From contig NC_133618.1 in the NCBI RefSeq assembly GCF_048593235.1, forward strand, positions 257,387,882-257,451,881: DNA of 64,000 nucleotides, written 5' to 3'. The position numbers were made by a program, and so were the translations under genes. How positions within the stretch are numbered: position 1 is the first letter of the stretch; each line of letters opens with the position of its first letter. Shown here piece after piece: positions 52,001 to 64,000 of the stretch. The notes under the pieces are model-generated. The model was not told where the DNA came from, searched no databases, and saw only the letters and a list, made by a program, of their open reading frames with translations. The stretch comes from Sminthopsis crassicaudata. Lineage: Eukaryota.

Positions 52001-54959
52001 CACTGGAGTTTACTAAGTAGGTGACATTTTCAGACCTGTATTTTAGGGAAAACACTTTGGTGAGTGGAAGACTGTGTGGAATCAACTGGATGAAGACACT
52101 CTCATGGAAATATAGCCTTAAACTATACCTTAATTGTGACTTGAGACTTTATAATAACAAATAGAGCGTTAGCTAAAAAAACTTGCAGGTGTCCTATTTC
52201 CTACCACCTTTTACTAATTATCATTTAAATCTCTTTTAAAGGCAATTTATTTTTTTGTTTCTGGATTAGAACTCCACACAGAATGTAATCGGGGTGGGGG
52301 CTTCTGCATCAAGGTATTTAAATCTTGTGTTTTGAAATTTTAACTTTGCACTCCATTTACTCCATAAACACCTTGTCAGGTGGGAGATGCCTTTTCCCAT
52401 AAGACTGTAAAAAAAACCCTTTTTGCTTTTTCTTCCTCAGTCTGTTTGGTGGTTGATACTGTCCCGCACTGGACAGACTAGAGGCAGACAGAGCAGCTGA
52501 TTAGAAGCTGCCCCCTGCAGCATCAGAGAAGTGAGCTTGTTTAGTCATGTCTGATCTGACCGTATTTGGGGTTTTCTTGGTAGAGGTTTGCCATTTCCTT
52601 CCCTAGCCCATTTTACAGGTGCGGGAACTGAGTCAGCCGGAGTGGCTTGCCCAGGGGGTGGATCTGCATTCAGATCTTTCAGACTCCGGGCGCAGCTCTA
52701 GCTGCAGAAGGGAGCTTATTAGAGAGATACCGCAAAGGTGAAATCGACAGGCTGCGGCAACAGACTGGTTACAGGAGAGGGCTGGGGAAAGAGACAAACT
52801 GAGATAAGGGCCCCGAAGACCGAAGCGAATTGTACAACAAAAATGTTCTCCATTCCCATTGTTGACGGGCTGGCCCTTCTGGTCAGATGTTGACCTCAAC
52901 AAGGCTGAAATTTCATTCCTAGAATAGATGAAAGGTGCAAGACACACGGAGTATGCAAGCTTCTCTGTTATTCTCCCCTCCCCCCTCCCGCCTCCAAGGC
53001 CCGGCACAGCACCCGGCACGTAAAAGGAGCTTAAAATAACTGCTGTTTTTATTCATTCACTCCAGTGCTCTAGTAAGGCTCCCATGGCGGGGGAGAGTTT
53101 TAATAGTCAGAAGGGCCAGCCCGAAGCAAGGCCCCTCTGGTACCGACTTCCTTCTCGGTGTAATGAAGAAGCCACGCTTGAATAACCTTTAAGGGGTCTG
53201 CAAAGGCTGACCCCAGTCTGCTTGCTTCTCCCACGCAGCAGATCTCCCGGGAATCCAAACCCCACCCTCAGTAACCGTGCCAAGGTACGGCAAAGGCAAG
53301 CGGAACCCGCCCCCGCTTGCCCAGAGGCCGGAGGTAGGCGCGGGCCCCTCCCGCTCGGAGATCAAAGATTGGCCCCGCCTTTCCCCGTAATCCCCGCCCC
53401 TTTAGTTACGAAATAGGCCCCGAATCTTTCACATTTCTAGCTAATTTTTTTCGTGTCCGAAAGAGCTGGAAGCATCCGTAGGATGAACCTGGGATAAATG
53501 GAAAGAGGGCAAAGGGGAAGTGTCCTTGATAGAATGGCTTCTGGGAAAGCGAGTCTGCATGCGCGGAGGCAGCTGGGGAATGAAGTCTCAGTCCCGGCGA
53601 CTCTGCCCGGGTCACGCCGCTCTTCCTGCGCAAGCGCACAGGGACGGAGCGTACCTGTTTTGAGGGGATGCAGGACTGGCGTTTAAACCTTGGGGGCGGG
53701 GTGAAGCCGGGAGAATTTTCGGTGTGTCTCCCTTAGACTAGGGGATCTTCCTCCTCCTGGCCGAGTTCTTTAGTGTAAATCCCCAAAGGGAAATTTAGTT
53801 TTCGGATCCCCAGCCCCAAACGGGCTCCCACGCACCCCTCTGCTCCCGGACAAACCAGCCCGGGCTGCGCTTCCTCTCCGTCCCTGTATGTCGTTCCTAA
53901 GCTTTGGGCAGATTCCCTCCCGACCCTAGAACAGCGAGAATGATCCTGGGGCTGCCCCTCTGACCCTGACCCTCAGCCTCGGAGTGACTTCCCCCCCCTT
54001 CCTTCTCCCTCACCTCCCGAGGAAGACTTGAATTTGGAGCTTAGAAGGATTTAAGGGACTAGTTAGTCCCCAATCCGAAAGGGGCTCATCCCTCTGACCC
54101 TGACTGACCCGAAACTGACTCCTCCCGCCTCGGGGCTCTATCTCCCTCCTCCCCAACCCTTGGGCCTGATTTCTTGACCCTAAGGTCAACCTTGGGGCCA
54201 ACCCCCGGGCCCAGGCCAGGCTGGAGATGACTCTTCCTAGAGAACTGGTCTGCTTGGAACATCTCGTTGGGGGGGATCCTCCCTGTTTTCTGGATGGCTT
54301 TCCTATTGACATCTTGTCTTTCTCCAAACCAAGGGAGAAGACCTGGAGAAAAAAACAAGCGAGGCTTCCGGAAGCCCGTGCCTCTCCTGAACCAGCCTTC
54401 CTGGCAGGAGAGGCTCCGCTCTGTAACTCCTAAGGAAGGCCTTGTTTCCTTGTCTGATTCCTTCCCTTCTTTCCCTTCTCCCCCTCCATTCTTCTCCTTC
54501 CGGTTCTCCTCCCCAAAGGGCCTCTCCCATCCCCGTCTGGCTGGCTAAGCCTCATTCATTCGTCTCCTCCACCTAGGGGAGCTAGCTGGGTGGGCTCCCG
54601 GGTCACGGAATGACAGAGAATGGCATGTCTGGGAGGGGCAAGAGATGCCACACAAGTGAGCCAGCGCTCTGGGTCACCAGAGTCTAGGAAGGGAAGGCAG
54701 GAAACCCTTTGGTGCTGAGCCCACTGTACCAGGCACTGGCACAGGGAAACGCTCCTGTCCGAAAGGACAGCTGGGGGTAAGGATTGGCAAAACCCAAGAG
54801 GAAAAGGATCTCTCAGAACCCACCTGAGCCCCCCAACTCTTCCTGAGACTCCTGCACCCACAGGGCTTGCTCAGCTCCACCCTGGGCCAACCCCTCCCAG
54901 GACCTCCCCTGCCCTCCCCCAAAGGAAAAAGGAGGAGGCCCAGGGAGTTGGGCTCAGCA

Positions 54960-55167
54960 GACACCCATCCTGGTCCCAGAGTGACACACGGGACAGGACC
55001 CACACCAAACACTTGCCTGTTTCAACAGAAGGTAGGTTCCTGAGCTTGTCTCTGTTTGCCCTCCCTGGGACGCAGGCCAGGTGCTTGGGGCATCCCTGGG
55101 GTTGCTAAGCTCTGGGAACAGGGTGGCTGTGTTTTCTCTCTCTACAATATTTCTGCCTCAGGTGAGT
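54960..55167 (+). other. Candidate non-coding first exon(s) of CYSRT1
   Basis: Two good donors, AAG|GTAGGT at 55032 and CAG|GTGAGT at 55162, upstream of the CYSRT1 acceptor. The exon start cannot be fixed. Confidence 0.4.
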
Positions 55168-55881
55168 GATATGGGGACACCGGGACTCGGGGACTGGAGG
55201 AAATTTCAGGTCAAGAACAAACTCTACCTTGGCCGCTGGAAACTCCTCTCTGTGTAGACCCCACCTGCCTGGGGTGCAGGAAGGGAGGGGGAACAGATTA
55301 TCTCTAGTGAGGAACCAGATGCTCCGTTCGCTGACTGTCCAGTGCAGGATTTCATCCCATTTTTAGTCGATCCATTCCCCAGATTCCTAGCTCTCATCTC
55401 TGACTTTCCTATAGAACCTTGTTCCATAGACAGAGAGCAAAGCTTGAAGTTTTGGGGAACACTGTTCATATATTTTCTAATTCATACATGATCACATTTG
55501 CATGTGGCCATCCTCACATATCCTATTCTGTCACACAAGCTATCCCACTCTCACACTTGTATTGTCCAGATTTAACACACATATGTTCGTATTACAATCA
55601 CACACATGGTTCCAGACATACACTTGTATACTCAGATTCTTACATGCTCTGTCTTACAAGGCTGAATGGTTCTACTGGAAGAGCCAAGGCTGTGGTTGGG
55701 GCTGGGACCGCTTGGTGAGCAATTTGGATCCTTTTAGGTCTGTCTGGAGCCCTGGGAAGCTCTGGTCTGGCTGCCCTTCCCCCCTCTATACTGGGTAAAT
55801 ATTTGTGTCCTTCCTCAGCAGGGGCAGATCAAACTCCTCCCTTCCTCCCTCCCTCCTTCCCTGCCAATTCCCAGCAGCTCC

Positions 55882-56289
55882 ATGGACCCCCTTGAATCTG
55901 TGGTGAAGAATCCATACACCAGCATTAACATCCCCCGAGCCCACCTTCGCCCAGACCTAGAGCAGCAGTTGGAACAAAGCCAGGACACTCCATACCCTGG
56001 GGCCAGACCTAGCCCTGCACCCGCTTACTCCCTGCCAGGGGGCGGGTGGACCCAGGAAGAAGCCAAAGGAGGGTCTCAAACTCAGACCCAAGCGCCTTGG
56101 CAACAGCCAGGGAATCCTTACTCGGGCCCCCAGCAGACATCAGGGACCACAGAGCCCACTTACACTACAGTCCCACCCGTGCGGCGAGGAGACGACATCG
56201 CCCATCACTGCTGCTGCTGCCCCTGCTGCCAGTGTTGCCGCTGCCCCCGCTGCTGCCGCTGCCACCGGTGTTGCTGTGTAGTCTCCTAG
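55882..56289 (+). CDS. CYSRT1: Cysteine-rich tail protein 1 (135 aa)
   Basis: [12 protein letters not shown]...[19 protein letters not shown] and [15 protein letters not shown]...CCCVVS match CYSRT1. Tandem acceptor CCCAGCAG at 55870-55877, just upstream of the ATG. Confidence 0.95.
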   Translation: MDPLESVVKNPYTSINIPRAHLRPDLEQQLEQSQDTPYPGARPSPAPAYSLPGGGWTQEEAKGGSQTQTQAPWQQPGNPYSGPQQTSGTTEPTYTTVPPVRRGDDIAHHCCCCPCCQCCRCPRCCRCHRCCCVVS

Positions 56290-57402
56290 CTCTGAACTCC
56301 TACTCCAGGGGAACCCACACCAAAGGAGCCCCAGGCCGGATGCAGCTGGGCTTGTTGTCATTTGGGGATAAGGAGGCACATCTCACTCTGGGTGGCTCCC
56401 TCTTGGATGGCATCGAGGCACCTCTGGCCAAAGGAAGTGGAGCTCAGGACAGAGGCCAAAATCATTAGGACTGAATTATCCTATCTTCTTTCCCAAGTCA
56501 TCAATCATGACAGAACAGAGACCTGGGCAGAACCTGGAGCCCAGGAATCGCAGAATTTCTGAACTCAAATGAACCAGAGAGATCATAGAGTCCAACTTGT
56601 ACCTGAACAGGATTCTGTGATAGCTTTGATAAATGGGTATATAATCACTGCTAAAAATTGCCAGTGGCCAGAAGCTCGCCACCTGCTACAGGAGCCCATT
56701 GTGCCTTTAACTGAGACTGCTTATTCAAAAGTTTTCCCTTACATTGAATGGACATATATCTTGCTATAAATTCCATGCATTGATTTTAATTCTAGCCTTT
56801 GGACCAAGTAAAACAAGTCTGATCCCTCTTCCCCATCACAGCTGTTCATCTATCATGTCTCTCCAGGATTATTCTCTGTGGTAAACATACCTCGTTACTT
56901 GGGCTGTTCATAGTATATCATGGTTTCTAGGCCAGGCTGCCTCCTCCAACTTGTTAATGTCCTGTCTAATACCTAAACATGAATACATTGTTATAAGAGT
57001 TTGATAAGAGTCCAAGGGTGGGAGAGCTTTTGTGAGGAGTTTGTTGGAGGGGGATGCTAGGGAATCAGAAAACAAGATTTGGAGAGGAAAGATTACTACC
57101 TAAAATGGAGGAAAATATTCAAATCTCTCTTCAGGATTATGGCAGCCTAACCCTGTGCGTATTGAAAGCCTCACAGGTCTAGAGCAAGCCATCAGCCCTG
57201 ATGATACCCATTACTACCCACTCTTTACCTATTAGAATTCTGAACCAGTGATGAGGTTCAACGGGAATGATTTCTGTCCTCACACAGCTCAACTTGAGTC
57301 CAATCAACTCATCCCCTACCTCCCCTGGGACTAAGGCAGCTACATCAATGGCCAGCCCCAGGGACTTCTCACTTCAGCAGTTACCTCTGTTGTTCCTTTG
57401 AC

Positions 57403-57408
57403 AATAAA
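57403..57408 (+). terminator. Candidate CYSRT1 polyadenylation signal AATAAA
   Basis: First AATAAA I found after the CYSRT1 stop, about 1.1 kb downstream, followed by U/GU-rich sequence. Confidence 0.55.
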
Positions 57409-58800
57409 CCTAAATAATTTGTTCAGCTCTGTCTTCAGCACTGCTTTGCTGTGATTATCCAGAGACCATATAAAGCTTGGAAGGGCTGGGTTTGGGGTCT
57501 AGGGTCTGGAAAGGTTTACTTGAAGCTTAGAAACTTGTAAGAATTGTGTCTATGGCCAGAGAGGAAGGGATTCTTGGGTTTGACAAATATAGCTCACATT
57601 TGCATAGCACTTTAAAGCATGCAATGGGCTTGTCTCATAACAGCCCTATAGAGTAAAACAGATATTTCCATTTTAAAGGTAAGAAAACTTACATTTTGAG
57701 GTATTGTGACTAGCCCACATTGTTAGTATCTGAAATTATTGAGCTGAAAATCAAACCCCTTTTTCCTGATTCTAAGTCCCACATTCTCCACTATACCATC
57801 ACATTCCTCTTTGCCTACCCTTTCACCTTGTTTCCCCTTTGCCTAGGGCTAGACCAGCCTGAATCTACAGGCAGACTGAGGAGATGAACAATTCTGCCTC
57901 ATGTCTTGATGTGGACATCAAGGGGGCAGCAATTCAGGCCCCACACAACTCTCAGCCACCACTTCTCTCCTATAGTTGCCTGGCTAATAGATGCTTTGAG
58001 GAGGGACCCTGTCCATATCCATCTCCCCTTCTCCCCAGGTCTCTGCCCTGACCCCTTGATTATATTACCTTTGGCCAAACCTCATGACCTGTCTCTCAGC
58101 CGTAGTCTCAGTAATGAACTAAGCTCCCGACCAACCATCTACCATTAAGAAGTAGTGGGACAGTGTCTAAAATCTGGCATATGAATGTGGACGAAGAACA
58201 CTTGAATGGAGGGACAGACTCACAAGGGACCATAAGACAGTACAGACCAGAGGCCTCAGTCCTCCCAGAACATAGGTTGGTCTTAGAAGACTTTTGAGGG
58301 AGTTGAGTTTTGGAAAGAAGCTTTCACATTTAAGGTCATGAGGTTTTGAGGTTTCCTAATGGTAAGAACGAACAGGAATTAGTGAGCAAACAAAGGTTGA
58401 AGGACTAAAGGTGCAGAAGCCAGAGTAGCACATGGCTAGGTCAGTGATTCATCTTGTAAATCCTCAGCCTGGGTGGGGAAGGATTTCTCAGTTTCCACCG
58501 AAACTTTGGTTTCCTCTGACCCTACAGTCAAGTGGTCCCACCTATTCTCCAACATCCTTGCCCCACCTATTATTACCAGGCCTGACTTCAGGCCCTCTCT
58601 AGTTCCCACCCTCATTCCTTTCATTCCTACCAGAGTGGACTAGAACCCACTTTGAAAGGTTGAAAGAAACCTTAGAGATCATCTAATTGAATCCTCATTT
58701 TATAGACAGAGGCCTGAGAAAAGTGAAATGAAGTGTTGGTAGCAGAACCCAGATTTTTTTTTTCTCAATAGTATTTTATCTTTCCAAACACATGTAGAAG

Positions 58801-58968
58801 GGGCAACTAGGTAGTGCAGTGGATAGAACACCAACCCTAAAGTAAGGAGAACCTGAGTTCAAATCTGGCCTCAGACACTTAACACTTCCTAGCTGTGTGA
58901 CCCTGGGCAAATCACCTAATGCCAAATGCCTCAGCAAAAAAAAAAAAAGAAAAGAAAAAAACCCAAAA
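58801..58968 (+). mobile_element. WSINE1-like SINE with 14-bp TSD
   Basis: A and B boxes plus A tail. CAAACACATGTAGA at 58785-58798 and 58969-58982. Confidence 0.88.
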
Positions 58969-59036
58969 CAAACACATGTAGAGATAGCCTTCAGCATCCA
59001 TTCCTCAAAATCTTTATGCTCCAAATTTTTCTTTCT

Positions 59037-59188
59037 TTCTTTTTTTTTTTTTTTTTGAGCCTGGAGTTAAGTGACTTGCCCACAGTCACACAGCTAGGAA
59101 GTGTTAAGTGTCTGAGACCATATTTGAACTCAGGTCCTCCTGAATTCAAGGCTGGTGCTTTATCCACTGCGCCACCTAGCTGCCCCTT
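59037..59188 (-). mobile_element. WSINE1-like SINE with 15-bp TSD
   Basis: Poly-T head plus reverse SINE body. CAAATTTTTCTTTCT at 59022-59036 and 59189-59203. Confidence 0.88.
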
Positions 59189-60014
59189 CAAATTTTTCTT
59201 TCTCCTTTTTTCCCTCCCTGCTCCCAAGACAACAAGCAATCCCACATAGGCTAAATATGTACAATCCCTTTAAACATATTTTCATATTTGTCACATTGTG
59301 CAAGAAAATTAAACCAAAAGGGGGAAAAACACAAGAAATAAAAACTAAACAAATAAAAAATAACCCAGATTTTTAAAATTTCAAATTCAGTATTTTTCTT
59401 AGGGAAGGTACCCCTAGTGTATCCATGCGCCCAACAGATGAGTTACCAAATCCTCTGTGGGGTTGTTACAAATGTCACTACTCAGAAACATGGAGAGACA
59501 CAGGAGATTATGGTTTTTCTGAGAAATCACTCATGTGAAACATTACTAGGACAGTTTGGGATTTAATTTTGAACAGAGTACAGTGAGCTTCAGGAGAGGA
59601 AGGGAATCATGAAATCTCCCTTGACTCCTGCATGGTGGTGGGCCTTGAACTGCATCTTAAAGGGGAAAAGGCAGAAGTAGAGAGGAAAGTGAACAGATGG
59701 AGAAAAGGAGAGAGGGATCAGTAATAGTTATCATCTAGTTAACATTTATGTAGCACTTAATATGTACCAGAAGGCAGCTTGGTGCCTCAGTAGAAAAAGT
59801 GCTGGGTCTAAAGTCAGGAAGACCTGAGTTCAAAGTCTGCCTTAGATGTTTGTTGTCTGAATGACCCTGGGCAAGGCACTTCACCCTGTTTGCCTCAGTT
59901 TCCTCATTTATAAAATGAGCCCGAGAAGGAAATGGCAAACCAGTCCAGTATCTCTGCCAAGGAAACCATTGGTGCACCTTGTGTACTGGTGGACCAGTGG
60001 GGTCATGAGAGTCA

Positions 60015-60149
60015 NNNNNNNNNNNNNNNNNNNNNNNNNNNNNNNNNNNNNNNNNNNNNNNNNNNNNNNNNNNNNNNNNNNNNNNNNNNNNNNNNNNNNN
60101 NNNNNNNNNNNNNNNNNNNNNNNNNNNNNNNNNNNNNNNNNNNNNNNNN
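60015..60149. other. Assembly gap (135 N)
   Basis: Run of N, flanked by a +-strand SINE (about 59770-60014) and a minus-strand SINE (about 60150-60240). Confidence 0.99.
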
Positions 60150-63100
60150 GTTTGCCCAGGGTGACACAGCTAGTGTCTGTTTGAGACTGGATTTGAACTC
60201 AGGTCTTCTTGGCTCCAGGACCAGCATTCTTTCCACTCTTTAGGAATTCAGGGTGTGTTAGGGCAACACGAGAGATGAAGCTGAGTTTGGAGCCAGATCA
60301 TGAAAGGCCTTGAATGCCAGACCTGGGAGTGGACTTTGTCCTGTGAGCAACATAAGCAAAAGCTTACGTTTCTTGACTAGGAACACGGTGGAAGTAAGAT
60401 TTGAGAACAATGAGTCTGACAGGACACGCAGGATGGACTGGTCTCTCCACATCTAACAGCCCTCAGGAAGCAACCCCTGCCCAGAGGGGGCCATACGGGT
60501 GAGGTGCCTATGACCCAAGCGTAAGGAGCCCAGCAGAGACTCGCCAACATTGTCAGCAAAGCACTGACCACTTGTGCCCCCCCCACGCACCGGCACCTTG
60601 GGTGCCCCTTTCCTGCGGGCCTTGCCCAGTTCCCCACGGCCCACTCAGCCACCTTTCTAGGCGGGAACTCCCTTCTCACCCTCCACCCCCCACGTCCAAT
60701 CTGGAATAGTGGCAGCCCCACCCAGCCTGAGCCACAAGAACTAGTCAGACCAGTTTGGGGAGAGCTTTGGGGGCGGGCCGAGGGAGAGGAATTGAGGGGG
60801 GGGGGAAAGGAAGGGGAGGCTGCCCTCCCCCTTCACTTTCTGCCAGATTCTGAGCAAAGTTGGCTCAAAGCAACTCTTTGGTTCCCACTGCAGAAACTTG
60901 AGTTAAATTCAACCTGCCCCTACTCCTGTGCCAGCTGCTCCTGGAACACGAGCGCTGTATATGATCTGAGAAAAGAATGGCCAAGATCAGGGGCAGGGGC
61001 CCATCCAGAACCGGCTCAGGGTCACAGGCCAAGAAGCTGTGCGGGTATTGCTTAGAATCAGAAGTTGATTCAAGTTCTCTCTCTAACATTGGTGATGTGA
61101 TTGGAAGCAAGTGACTTTAACCTTTCTGAGCCTCAGTTTCCTCATCTGTGAAATGGGTACAATGTCTGTGCCAGTCACCTCATGCGGCTCTTGTGAAGAA
61201 AACGCTGTGTAAATATTAGCTACACTATTATTAGTAATCACTCCCTGACATGTCCATACATTAAGGGGATATGTCCAGGTCGGATTCAGCTTTTAACATG
61301 GTCCTCCATGATCCTTCCTCCTGCTCCACATCTAACTGCTCTGGGGTCTTCCCCATTACAACCCTGCAGTTCACAAGCTCCCCCCCCACACTTTGTGGAG
61401 TGATAAATGGAAGTGCAGTTGCTTGTTTTTCCTTGCTCAGGGGAACAGCAGAGGTGGGCAAGCAGAGGGCCCTGAGGCTCCTTATCTCTCACAAGGCCAT
61501 GTGTCTGGAAGCTGTGGTGGGAGATCTCATTGCAGGGCCTTTGTGACTGAAAGTGGAGCTGGCTCATCCTGAGCTCCTGGGTGGTAACGTGAGCCCCCAC
61601 TGGGGGAGGGGGAGCCCTGAGCACCTTGAGAACCCATCAGACTCCCTGGGATCTGGCCCTGGGGGCAGACACATGCAGAAGCACCAGATCCAGACCAGTG
61701 GTCAGGGAGCAGGTAAGAGCTGGCAGTGGGACTGGGGCAGGGGACAGGGAAGCTGGGAGGGAGAGGGGGAAAGAGCTGGGAGCAGGTGACTGGGAGAGAG
61801 GTAGGAGGAGAGGGAGAGGCCCAGGGAGATTCGGAAGTTGGGCCTGCAGTCAGGAATGCTCTGGTACTACAGCAGTGCTGACGGGTTTGGTCCTAGGGTG
61901 GGGGGATGGGGAAAAGATTGATGTGGAATGACTTCTAGATCTATTCCCTGATCCCTGATCAGCTTTGTAAACACCCAGGGCTAGAGAACTGAACTTCTGG
62001 GAACTCCCTGAATAGACCAAAGTAATGGATGATCCAAAAAGTTTGTTTCTCAAACGGACCTGGGGATTTTGCCAGGCAGATAAATCTCCTCTGCCCCCAG
62101 CTCCCTTGTAGGCAGACCTCAATGCAAGGAGATGGCTTCAGGGACCAGAGACCCCAAGCATCAGCTGCAGGTGAAGCCACCAGAGCCAGAGAGACAAATC
62201 TTCCCTCAGCCATCTCTCTCTCGGGCAAAATCCACAGGCCTGAGGCTCAAAGCCGACAGCTGAGAGGAGACAAAGGAGACTAAGGAGCTGGAAGATTGAG
62301 TTCTTGAGGCACTGGCTGAAGGCCATAGACAAAGTCCCAGGACCCCAAGGAGAGCCACCTGAGAAGAGTGGCCAGGCAGCAGATAAGCCTTTGACTTGTA
62401 AAGTTCTTGATTCTTGAGGTCCAGGAAGCATAAGACAAAGGTAGATTCTTTAGTTTGGGCCCAGGAGGAGCTTCTTGGAGGAGGAAGCTTGTTGGATCAG
62501 GCTCTAACTAGCAGTTCTGACACCTGGGGCAGAGTGACTAGGAAAACTTTGGGGTACAAGGGCCCAGAGCAGGAGAGAGACTGCCGGACAATGTCAGGCC
62601 ATTATTGTCCAGGCCGCTGACTGCCTCCGCCTCAGGATACCACTGCCTCAATCAAGGCGCACAGCTCTTCATGTGCCATGGAACAAAGGGGGTGAGGGAG
62701 CAGAAGGAAAGTGCAGTCCTACTTGTCTCCGCCCTGTGGCCCAGACACCAACCACTGCCAGAGGAGGGGAATGGACCACTGGGGGTCCCCGCACCTAGTG
62801 GGAGAGTGCAGGTAGTGGCCACACTGCCTGTCATGGGCCCGGCAAAGAACCATGAGGTAAAGGAGGGGGGGGAAGGAGAAAGGGGCTAGGAAGTTCTCCG
62901 CTGGGTCCTGCCTCAGATTCTCTTGTTGGATTTCCCACAGGGTTCTGGGGGTCTGAACAGGAGAGGAAGGAGCCAGGGAGAGACAGATTCCTGAAATTTG
63001 ATGTTAGTTCAGCATTTGGGGGTCACATTCAGAGTCTAAGGGGTCTCTAGAGTGAATGTCAGGGTGAAGGGTGGGGATTGCCAAAGGTGAGAAAGGGTCT

Positions 63101-64000
63101 CCATAGGGACAAAGATCATCAGTGAATGATACTATGCCTGTCAAGGTCTCCCTTATCAGACTAAATGTCAAAAGGCAGGGACTTGTGTTTTTGGTGCTTC
63201 CCATTGACCTTAACACAGAAATCAACAGAAGTTGGGGTTTTTTAAAGATGTGTTAATTTTATCAATTTGACCTGGAGACAGAGAAGTCTGGTTTAGTGGA
63301 AAGGAGATAGAATGTTCAAAAAAAAAATGCATGGCAGATCAGTCATCCACCAAAATCTCCAGTGGAGATCTCAAGTCAGCAAAAACTTTTGAACCTAGCT
63401 CTCATTCTCAATGTGTGATGAATTCTCCTGAGGACAGGAAGTGAGGAGATCACTAGGACTATGGTCCCCTAAGGACCAACCAGGAGGATGTCATTCCACC
63501 TTTCCTACCCTCCCTGTACTCCAACAAACTACCTTTAGAACATCTTTGTTGGGAGCCCCATAACTATTCCTCTTCCAAGACTGAAAAGGGAGGCGTGGAT
63601 AACTTTCTTTGTCTCTCTACAATTTGGAAATAAAATGTGTTCCTCATCTAAGCTCTGTGTGTTTTAGTTGTGCCTGTGTGTGTGTGTGTCCATGTATGTT
63701 CATGGGATCACGTGTTAGAAGTGTGAGGGGCCTTAATGATCATCAAGGCCAGGGGCACACAAGGGGTGTCAGAGCTGGCATTCAAACCCACATCCTCTGG
63801 TAACAGGTCTAACACTCACACCTTGTCATTTTCCAGATGTCAGCGTGTCCTAAACATAAGAAGTGCTGCATGGTCCTGAGCCCCGTCAAATGGATCAACA
63901 GCAGAAATGGATATGTTGTGGGGGGGTTGTATCAACAGAAATATCTGTTTTACCATTGCATCCCAAGGACCATCTGACTTGCTGTTCAATCCTCCTGTGT

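Noticed and set aside
60377-60721. Minus-strand ORF containing LLTMLASLCWAPY, resembling a GPCR TM6 CWxP motif
   Set aside because: No other TM helices, DRY or NPxxY motif nearby; likely chance in a GC-rich, probably regulatory stretch.
62750-62810. CTCF-like motifs (CCACTAGGTGCGG on - strand, CCACTGGGGG)
   Set aside because: Only partial matches; cannot be told from background without PWM scoring or ChIP data.
57500-64000. RNF224 coding exon expected by synteny after CYSRT1
   Set aside because: No RING Cys/His pattern in the supplied ORFs or in the stretches I translated; presumably beyond the window.

Overview
Mammalian genomic DNA, most likely from a dasyurid marsupial; this is inferred from the CORE-SINE and L1 repeat types and cannot be confirmed here. 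Gene order matches human 9q34.3: TPRN exon 1 (-; later exons lie outside the window), TMEM203 (-), NDOR1 (+; all 14 coding exons mapped by hand, 1794 nt, 597 aa, frame intact), an unnamed 232-aa RING-HC plus C-terminal membrane-anchor ORF (+), RNF208 (-) and CYSRT1 (+). RNF224, the next gene by synteny, was not found. The rest is CpG islands, L1/L2/L3/MIR/SINE/hAT debris and one 135-N gap. I see no evidence for a wholly new multi-gene system. The best leads are the unnamed RING-TM E3-like gene, a spliced strong-Kozak uORF in the TMEM203 leader, an RVxF motif created by read-through of the TPRN exon 1 donor, and an oriented ATTGG(GGAAA) array in the TPRN promoter. Repeat-family names come from recognition, not database searches.
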